Assembly (NCBI GenBank): GCA_937941575.1
Contig: CALDHH010000065.1
Coordinates: forward strand, 1 to 46,974
Length of the DNA: 46,974 nt
Reading direction: 5' to 3'
DNA from: an uncultured Alphaproteobacteria bacterium
Lineage (GTDB): Bacteria; Pseudomonadota; Alphaproteobacteria; Micavibrionales; CSBR16-224
The notes beneath the pieces are model-generated. The model was given only the letters and a program-made list of their open reading frames with translations. It made no database searches and had not been told where the DNA came from. The translations under genes were made by a program, and so were the position numbers. Below, piece by piece: positions 39,959 to 46,974 of the stretch. The first letter of the stretch is position 1. Each line of letters starts with the position of its first letter.

Positions 39959-40072
39959 TTACCCAAAAAAATTATTATTAATATTAAAACGAATACAATT
40001 GCTGTTATATATTAAATTATATATAGTTTAATAATTATTAAGATTGTAAATAGAATTAAGGTAGAAAAATCA

Positions 40073-40396
40073 ATGGATCCAATAAACTTAGATAACTTAA
40101 GAGAAATGCTTAATAATGACAAAGAAGCAGAAGAAGCAATACTTAATGATTTTTTTAAACTATCTGAAGAATGTATTGATAAAATGGCAAGCAATCTAAC
40201 TGAAGATTATAATGAAGAGTTTTTTCAAAGCTCGCATGCCCTAAAAGGTATGGCATTAAATCTTGGGGCTGATAAATTAGGAAATATCTGCACCGACACT
40301 CAAAGCATGTGTATTGCTCCTATCAGCGAAAAAGAAGCATATTTAGACCAAATGAGATCTGAACTTGTCGTTGTAAGAGAATTTTTAAATAAATAG
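40073..40396 (+). CDS. Stand-alone Hpt phosphotransfer protein
   Basis: SHALKGMALNLGA; similar to the C-terminal Hpt of 16912-18909. Confidence 0.9.
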   Translation: MDPINLDNLREMLNNDKEAEEAILNDFFKLSEECIDKMASNLTEDYNEEFFQSSHALKGMALNLGADKLGNICTDTQSMCIAPISEKEAYLDQMRSELVVVREFLNK

Positions 40397-40400
40397 TCTC

Positions 40401-41660
40401 ATGAAGCAAGCTATATCCGAAAAATTTCTAACTGATTTTTATACTAAGACCATTACCAAAGGGTCTCTAGAAGTTATCTTTGCATCTGGATCGAGCAAAA
40501 TATTTGGTAATAATACTGGAGTAAAACTAAAATATAGATTTACAAGTAGAAAAGCTCAAATACAATTATTAATAGACCCGTTAATGAAAGCAGCTGAATT
40601 ATACGTTAATGGTGATGTAATACTAGAAAATGGCGATTTAAAAGACCTATTAATCTTATACCAAACAAATGCTATCCGTAGAAAATCGCCATTATGGATG
40701 AAGATTTATATTGCCCTGCGCTACGGCCCAAGAGTAATTAGAGCAATACTGCCTTGGGATAACGCTTCTAAAAATGCAGCCCATCATTATGACCTAAGTA
40801 CCAAAATGTATAAAATGTTCTTGGATGAAGATTTGCAATATACTTGCGCCTATTACGAGCATGAGAAACAATCTCTATATGATGCTCAAAGAGCAAAAAA
40901 ACGACATGTAATGGCAAAGTTGATGATAAAACCTAAACATGAGGTCTTAGAACTTGGTTGTGGTTGGGGTGGATTAGCCTTACAGATTGCTGAAATATCA
41001 GGAGCAAATGTAACTGCAGTTAATTTAAGTACTGAACAAATAAAAATAGCCCAAGAGAGAGCTATAAAAAGAGGCTTGGAAGATAAAACAGATTTCTTAA
41101 TCCAAGATTGTCGAGATAGCAAAGGTCAATATGATAGAATTGTCTCAATTGGGATGTTAGAGCATATCGGCAAAGGGAAATATAATCAGCTATTTAATAT
41201 TGGTAAGGAATGTTTAAAAAAAGATGGCGTTATGGTCGTCCATGCCATATGTCGAAATAAACCCGCAATATTCCAAAGCCCATGGAGTGATAAATACATA
41301 TTCCCAGGTGCCTATGTTCCAGCGTTATCCGAAGTATTACCCGCTATTGAGAAGGCTGGATTATTAGTAAAAGATATTGAAATATTAGCAAAGCATTATG
41401 GTCATACCTGTCGTGACTGGAGAGCAAATTTTAATGCCAGAAAAGATGATGTAATTGAATTATTAGATGAGAAGTTTTATAGGATGTGGGACCTATATCT
41501 AGCAGGTTCAGAAATATCATTTACCCATGCGAAATACGCAGTTTTCCAAATACAAATAGTAAAAAGGCATGACGCGTTACCAATTACACGTGACTACCTA
41601 GATACAGAGAAAGAAAGACTAAAAAGTTTAGAAAAAAAACTATTTAATCAAGATATATAA
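40401..41660 (+). CDS. cfa: Cyclopropane-fatty-acyl-phospholipid synthase family methyltransferase
   Basis: NAAHHYDL, YTCAYY, VLELGCGWGGL, YDRIVSIGMLEH, KYIFPG, RMWDLYL. Confidence 0.92.
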   Translation: MKQAISEKFLTDFYTKTITKGSLEVIFASGSSKIFGNNTGVKLKYRFTSRKAQIQLLIDPLMKAAELYVNGDVILENGDLKDLLILYQTNAIRRKSPLWMKIYIALRYGPRVIRAILPWDNASKNAAHHYDLSTKMYKMFLDEDLQYTCAYYEHEKQSLYDAQRAKKRHVMAKLMIKPKHEVLELGCGWGGLALQIAEISGANVTAVNLSTEQIKIAQERAIKRGLEDKTDFLIQDCRDSKGQYDRIVSIGMLEHIGKGKYNQLFNIGKECLKKDGVMVVHAICRNKPAIFQSPWSDKYIFPGAYVPALSEVLPAIEKAGLLVKDIEILAKHYGHTCRDWRANFNARKDDVIELLDEKFYRMWDLYLAGSEISFTHAKYAVFQIQIVKRHDALPITRDYLDTEKERLKSLEKKLFNQDI

Positions 41661-41763
41661 CTATCAATAATATTATTTATAATTAGAATGGTAATGAAAT
41701 ATATTATTAATAATTACCCTATATTATAACCTGTAATATATTCTAAATTCTATCGGAGAAGTA

Positions 41764-43242
41764 ATGAAATTACCAGATAATCATAGTGAAGAAGAAGAAA
41801 GCTTTTTCTATGCGGTTAAGGGAGCCAATGTCGGTCTTTGGGATTGGAAGCTTGATGCTGATACATTATATTGGTCTAATAGCTTTAAAGATATCATGGG
41901 TTTAAAATATGACGAAATTAAACCATCTTTGATTGAATTTGCAGATAGACTTCACCCAGATGATAATTCAGCTGTAACGGAAGCATTAGATAGATGTTTA
42001 AATCAAGGTAAAATATATGATATTGAATATAGATTAAAACATGCAAAAGGCCATTATATTTGGATCCATGCCAAAGGGACTTTATTTAAGGATGAACACG
42101 GAAAAAAAACCAGAATATCTGGAACCGTTGAAGATATCTCTGATAAGAAAAAAAGCCAAGATGAGCTTAAAGAATCACAAGAATTAATAAACTTAATAAA
42201 TGATAATATGCCTGATGCATTATTTGTAAAAGATGAAGATCTAAGAATTGTACGAGCCAACAAATTATTTATAAACATGTATCCCAAAGATAAGCAGAAT
42301 AAAGTGATTGGTTATACAACTTTGGAAGATTACAAAGAAGAAGATGTAATAGAATTTACTAAGCTAGATAGAATCGCTTTTGAATATGGCTCATCTGAGG
42401 CTCAGGAGAAGATTACTTTTCCAAATGGCGATGTTAAAACCTTATTTACCAAAAAAGTTCGTTTCGAAGATTCAAAAGGTGAAAAATTTATATTAGGGTT
42501 ATGTAGAGATATCACCAATATAAAAGATATTGAAAAAGAAAGAGAAGAATTAATCTCTAAACTAACTAATTCAAATGCCGAATTGGCCAATTTTGCTTTT
42601 ATATGCTCACATGATTTACAAGAACCTTTGAGAATGATTAGAAGTTTTTCTGGCAAGATCAAAGAGAAATTCGGTGATGTTATTGAGGCTGACCCAAATG
42701 GTAAAATCTATTTAAAATTTATAACAGATAGTGCTGAGAACGCTCAGAATTTAATAACTGATATCCTATCATATTCTGATATAAATAATGACTTAAAGCC
42801 AAAAGAAGATATCAATTTAGATAGCTTATTGATGACAATAAAAACAAATTTTGAAGAGCAAGATGATACAATATCAGTCGATTATGCTGAAATGCCAGTT
42901 ATTAAAGCTCATAAAACTCAAATATTTCAAATATTAAATAACATAATAGGCAATGGCGTTAAGTATCGAAGATCCGACCAACCATCCGAAATTAAAATAG
43001 AAGTAAAGAATCTTTATAAACATTGGCAATTTAAAATATCTGATAATGGTATTGGCATTGATAAAAAACATATTGACAAAATATTCAAGATATTTAAAAG
43101 ATTGCACCACAAAGATCAATATAAAGGAACGGGTATTGGTTTATCAATTTGTAAAAAAGCCGTTGAAAACCATAATGGTAAAATATGGGTTGAATCAAAA
43201 TTGGGCCAAGGGTCTGATTTTTATTTTACCATTGAAAAATAA
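41764..43242 (+). CDS. Cytoplasmic PAS-PAS sensor histidine kinase (Cph1-like transmitter)
   Basis: GLWDW..LHPDD..EYRL (PAS/PAC), a second PAS, FAFICSHDLQEPLR, DNGIGI, FKRLH, GTGIGLSIC. Confidence 0.93.
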   Translation: MKLPDNHSEEEESFFYAVKGANVGLWDWKLDADTLYWSNSFKDIMGLKYDEIKPSLIEFADRLHPDDNSAVTEALDRCLNQGKIYDIEYRLKHAKGHYIWIHAKGTLFKDEHGKKTRISGTVEDISDKKKSQDELKESQELINLINDNMPDALFVKDEDLRIVRANKLFINMYPKDKQNKVIGYTTLEDYKEEDVIEFTKLDRIAFEYGSSEAQEKITFPNGDVKTLFTKKVRFEDSKGEKFILGLCRDITNIKDIEKEREELISKLTNSNAELANFAFICSHDLQEPLRMIRSFSGKIKEKFGDVIEADPNGKIYLKFITDSAENAQNLITDILSYSDINNDLKPKEDINLDSLLMTIKTNFEEQDDTISVDYAEMPVIKAHKTQIFQILNNIIGNGVKYRRSDQPSEIKIEVKNLYKHWQFKISDNGIGIDKKHIDKIFKIFKRLHHKDQYKGTGIGLSICKKAVENHNGKIWVESKLGQGSDFYFTIEK

Positions 43243-43253
43243 AGGCAGATAGA

Positions 43254-43694
43254 ATGAGTAAAATTAAACTGGCAGAAATACTATTGATAGAAGATAATGA
43301 AGGCGATATAATATTAACAACAGAAGCATTCGAAGAAGCAAAGTTTAGAAATATCCTAAATGTCGTAAAAGATGGCGATACAGCCATCGATTATTTAATG
43401 AAGAGAAACGGTTACGAAAATTCAATAACCCCTGATATTATATTATTGGATCTAAATCTACCCGGCACAGATGGTAAAGAAGTATTAGAAACTATTAAAA
43501 ATAGTGATGGATTAAAAAGAATACCAACGGTAATTTTAACTAGCTCAAGTGCCGATAAAGATATTATTGATACCTATAATTTATACGCAAATTGCTATAT
43601 CACCAAACCAATAGATTCAGAGAAATTTTTAGATGTAATCAAGCAAATAAAGAACTTCTGGGTTGATATTGTCTGCCTACCAAATGATGCTTAA
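43254..43694 (+). CDS. Single-domain response regulator (Rcp1-like)
   Basis: ILLIEDNEGD, PDIILLDLNLP, ILTSS, ANCYITKP, FW. Confidence 0.93.
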   Translation: MSKIKLAEILLIEDNEGDIILTTEAFEEAKFRNILNVVKDGDTAIDYLMKRNGYENSITPDIILLDLNLPGTDGKEVLETIKNSDGLKRIPTVILTSSSADKDIIDTYNLYANCYITKPIDSEKFLDVIKQIKNFWVDIVCLPNDA

Positions 43695-43771
43695 TATTAA
43701 AAGATAGTCAGATATTATTGAACTGCCTTTTAATATTACTTTTAAACAAATGAAACGGTTCTAAAACTGCT

Positions 43772-45022
43772 ATGCTAAACGATATAAGAGAAATGTTTGC
43801 TGAATATGTTGGTTTAATTACTATCTGTTTTTTACTTATTTTCTTCTCAATTTTTGGGCAATCGGTCTTCTTTGGTATTTACCTGCCGATGATACAGGCT
43901 GAGCTTAACATGTCTAAAACTGATATTGGCCTTCTATATGCTATTGCAACAATTGCGAGTTCTATTGCAATTATATTTACAGGTAAAGGCTTGGATAAAT
44001 ACCCACTCCGTAATTTTGTGTCTTTTGTATTAATTGGTGTTGCTATTGGTTGTTTTGTCATGGCCAAAGCAAATTCAGCAATAACATTATTAATTGCTTT
44101 CTTCTTATTACGGCAATTTGGGCAAGGGTTAATGGTATTAAGCGCTAGCTCATCGATTAATCGTTACCTCCATAAAAACCGCGGCAAGGCTGTCGCTATT
44201 ACCAGTCTCGGTGGATCATTCCAATTAATGGCTTTTCCGTTATTAGCTTTAACAATTGATCAATATATTAATTGGCGGGATGCTTGGATTTATTATGGGT
44301 GTTTTTTATTATTTGTTTTAATGCCAGCATTCTGGTTATGTTTAAAAAACCATCAATTAAAAACCCATATAAAATGGCAAGATAGATTAGAAAAAGAAGA
44401 TGCCGATACAGAGAAAACTAGCCAGAATAACTGGAATAGGAAGCAAGTCTTAAAAGATTACCGGTTCTATTTCATCATTGCCATTGCAACAATTGCCCCT
44501 TTTACTGGTACAGCTTTCTTCTTCTATCAAAGGGAGCTGGCCTCTAGCCTATCTCTAACTCCAATTGAATTTGCTGGTTCATTTTCAATATTTACCATCA
44601 GCTCAATTATCGTCTCGTTAATCTCAGGCGCAATTATTGATAAATATGGTGAAAAAATTGCATTATTAATCTATCCAATGACCTATACAATTGGCTTATA
44701 TCTGCTAACCACGCCTAGCACCATATTTATAACCTATTCAGGAATGTTAGTTTTGGGTGCATCAACTGGAATAATGGCCACAATAGGCGGCCCAATTCTA
44801 GCAAAGCTATATGGTACCAAGAACCTAGCAGGCATCAAGTCTCTACTCTTCTCAAGCAATATCTTAGCCTCTGCCTTATCACCATTTATATTTGGCTTAT
44901 TAATAGATCAGGGTTATAATATCCTAACCATATTCTCTTGGGTTATATATTATACTGGATTTGTTTGGGTGTTAGCATTCCCAATTTGTAGCAATGCTAA
45001 GCAATTAGAAGCAAAGATATAA
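43772..45022 (+). CDS. MFS transporter
   Basis: About 12 TM segments; GKGLDKY and GAIIDKYG motif A variants; RGKA; KLYGTKNLAGI. Confidence 0.88.
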   Translation: MLNDIREMFAEYVGLITICFLLIFFSIFGQSVFFGIYLPMIQAELNMSKTDIGLLYAIATIASSIAIIFTGKGLDKYPLRNFVSFVLIGVAIGCFVMAKANSAITLLIAFFLLRQFGQGLMVLSASSSINRYLHKNRGKAVAITSLGGSFQLMAFPLLALTIDQYINWRDAWIYYGCFLLFVLMPAFWLCLKNHQLKTHIKWQDRLEKEDADTEKTSQNNWNRKQVLKDYRFYFIIAIATIAPFTGTAFFFYQRELASSLSLTPIEFAGSFSIFTISSIIVSLISGAIIDKYGEKIALLIYPMTYTIGLYLLTTPSTIFITYSGMLVLGASTGIMATIGGPILAKLYGTKNLAGIKSLLFSSNILASALSPFIFGLLIDQGYNILTIFSWVIYYTGFVWVLAFPICSNAKQLEAKI

Positions 45023-45029
45023 ATTATAA

Positions 45030-45863
45030 TTAAATACAATTCTTAGACTTAATTGACTGCCAATTATCTGATTTTTGTCTTAATCTTTCTAAAATAATAT
45101 TAAGAGTTATTTCTGAAAAAGGTAGAGATATATGCCCCTTATCCAGCACGATATTTTCAGATATATCATTAGATTTCTGGATTGCAACTTTCCAATTAAC
45201 TATCAGATCAGAATTTGATATTATTGCACTTGATGGAGTTAATAAGCTTTCTTTCAATGGGTTAGAAACTTTGTTCAAATTTGTATTATAACTATCATAT
45301 ATCCGCTTTACCCTATGATCTGGATTACCGTTTTGATCTTCCATACCAAATGGAGAGGATAGAGTTATTACATTTCTTATTTTATCTTGATGTTTTCTAG
45401 CAACTTCTCTGGCATATATTCCACCTAAACTATAGCCAACCAATGATATTTTTTTATTACCGTTATTACTGTAAATATCTATTATTTTAGCTTCCAGTAA
45501 TTTGGCTTTATTTTCTGTATCACCTGTATTAAAACCTGCATCCCAACCACTTGCCTTATATCCTGCATCTATGATTGCATCAGTTAGGTAAGACATATAT
45601 TTATCATTTGTGGCAAAACCAGGTATAATAATAACATCATGATCATCACCAATTACTTGGCTCTCTTGTTTGAATAATTCCAAATTATCTGCAATACATT
45701 CTAAATCTGGAGTATCTTCATGAGCAGCTATTTTTATAAGTTCTTTATCAGCTCTATCATTCAAATATATATTTCCACCAATACCAGATAATGCAATTGC
45801 AGCTAAGAAAGGCACTGCAAGGCTACGCCCCTTATTCGACTTTTTTTCTTTTTTATCAACCAT
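45030..45863 (-). CDS. Alpha/beta hydrolase (esterase/lipase) with N-terminal membrane anchor
   Basis: IIPGF oxyanion loop, VGYSLGG nucleophile elbow, ITLSSPF, DLIV (Asp), GH (His). Confidence 0.87.
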   Translation of the reverse strand: MVDKKEKKSNKGRSLAVPFLAAIALSGIGGNIYLNDRADKELIKIAAHEDTPDLECIADNLELFKQESQVIGDDHDVIIIPGFATNDKYMSYLTDAIIDAGYKASGWDAGFNTGDTENKAKLLEAKIIDIYSNNGNKKISLVGYSLGGIYAREVARKHQDKIRNVITLSSPFGMEDQNGNPDHRVKRIYDSYNTNLNKVSNPLKESLLTPSSAIISNSDLIVNWKVAIQKSNDISENIVLDKGHISLPFSEITLNIILERLRQKSDNWQSIKSKNCI

Positions 45864-46974
45864 TTAAACACCTACCCTGAAAAATTAATTTAATAGCATT
45901 TTTAGGTCTCGTGGTTACTCTGCTTACAGGTTCTGGCGTTTGGCCTTCTGGATTAATTAGCTGATATTTTTTTACAATATTAGCCAAGATAAGAACTCCT
46001 TCTTGATAAGCAAACCCCATTCCGACGCATAATCTTTGACCTTTACCAAAGGGCATATAAGAATCTTTAACCGATTGCTTTTGTGTTTCATCATCAAATC
46101 TATGTGGGCAAAAAGCATGGGGATTATCCCAATGATCCGAGCTTCTTTGAATCAACCAAGGTGATACTATCAAAGGAGTTCCTTTATTTAAAATTTTACT
46201 TCTTATTTTGGTGCCATCTTCTGATACTTCTCTTGGATAAAAACTTACAGGTGGGTAAAGCCTTAATGATTCCATAAATACATTTTTAACCATGCTTAGC
46301 TTCTTAACTGTCTCAAAAGTAATCTCACCATTAACTTCATGTTCTAAGATCTCTTTTAAAATTAAATCCTGTAAATCCGGACATTTTGCAATTAAATATA
46401 ATGTCCAAGTAAGGGATGTTGCCGATGTTTCATGCCCTGCTAAAAATATAATTGACATTTGATCCATTAAGTCTTGGTAAGTAAATCCATCCCCCGTATC
46501 GGGATGTTTTGCTTTTAACAAACTGTCCAAAATATCTTTATATTCTTTTGGATTATCTCCATAAAACTCATCATATCTCTTTTGAATTATTGGACCAAAA
46601 ACATCATGAATTTTCTTACAAGATTTCTTTATTTTTTTATCAAGGAAATAAGTAGGTAATTTAAACAACACATATACATTTTTTTTCTGAGCATAGGCTT
46701 GGAATTCATTAAAAGAATCAAGGACATTTTGGGCATCCTGTTTATTAAGCTCTGTCGATAAAATCGTTCTAAAAATAATATCTGCAGTTACGTGGGTCAT
46801 TAATGAGTCAATTTCAACTTGGTCTTTTAAGTCATTCTCTGCGATTGAATTCATTAAAACATCTACTGCACCATTCATTGTATCAAAGACACGTTTTAAA
46901 TTCGTATGAGTAAAAGATGGGTTAACCATTTTACGTTGGTTCTTCCAGATCTCTCCATTCGTGGTAAAAATACT
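45856..46974 (-). CDS. Cytochrome P450, 5' end beyond the window
   Basis: FLAGHETS (I helix), ESLR (ExxR), PHRF, PFGKGQRLCVG (heme Cys). The frame is open to the window edge (SIFTTNGEIWKNQRKM). Confidence 0.95.
   Translation of the reverse strand, partial: SIFTTNGEIWKNQRKMVNPSFTHTNLKRVFDTMNGAVDVLMNSIAENDLKDQVEIDSLMTHVTADIIFRTILSTELNKQDAQNVLDSFNEFQAYAQKKNVYVLFKLPTYFLDKKIKKSCKKIHDVFGPIIQKRYDEFYGDNPKEYKDILDSLLKAKHPDTGDGFTYQDLMDQMSIIFLAGHETSATSLTWTLYLIAKCPDLQDLILKEILEHEVNGEITFETVKKLSMVKNVFMESLRLYPPVSFYPREVSEDGTKIRSKILNKGTPLIVSPWLIQRSSDHWDNPHAFCPHRFDDETQKQSVKDSYMPFGKGQRLCVGMGFAYQEGVLILANIVKKYQLINPEGQTPEPVSRVTTRPKNAIKLIFQGRCLNG

Noticed and set aside
33-46277. Numerous 60-195 aa ORFs antisense to or nested within long genes (e.g. 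14218-14805, 15521-16063, 29957-30484, 33595-34155)
   Set aside because: They are shadows of well-supported genes on the opposite strand or in another frame, with no recognisable motifs.
1-46974. CRISPR arrays, tRNA/rRNA genes, IS elements, prophage genes and CtrA boxes
   Set aside because: No repeat-spacer periodicity, RNA-gene signature or transposase/integrase motif was seen. The TTAA pairs I checked lacked the 7-nt CtrA spacing and are expected by chance in AT-rich DNA.

Overview
AT-rich bacterial chromosomal window, roughly 30% GC by eye. The gene families (pilin-like protein with GLLIGGILKGQ, alpha-type VOC, vWA and Cfa proteins) suggest a low-GC alphaproteobacterium, possibly Micavibrio- or Rickettsiales-like; this is inference. 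About 35 CDSs are present, and I saw no rRNA, tRNA, CRISPR array, transposase or integrase. Recognisable content: a type IV pilin-like protein, SAM methyltransferase, glyoxalase I, MgtC/DUF4010 protein, metallophosphoesterase, DUF3179 protein, FeS-type (6-4) photolyase, two MFS transporters, a BLUF protein, a tripartite RND pump, GNAT, PQQ sugar dehydrogenase, three histidine kinases with receivers and Hpt, Cfa, an alpha/beta hydrolase and a P450 cut by the window edge. The most interesting signals are: (1) an unannotated leaderless Trp leader peptide (MNKLDQNTIKTTWQWLLK) with antiterminator and terminator, in front of a divergent Trp-free GCS2-like ligase rather than a trp gene; (2) a compact three-gene biosynthetic operon (DarB/StlD-like ketosynthase, heme-oxygenase-like diiron enzyme, DUF6999-like protein) without darA; (3) a self-contained sigma-54 module with a consensus -24/-12 promoter and palindromic enhancer, ending in a truncated hemoglobin; (4) two orphan two-gene operons, each behind a perfect TTGACA-N17-TATAAT promoter; (5) a second leaderless uORF with tandem CGA codons in front of the GNAT gene. 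All family assignments come from motif recognition, not database searches.
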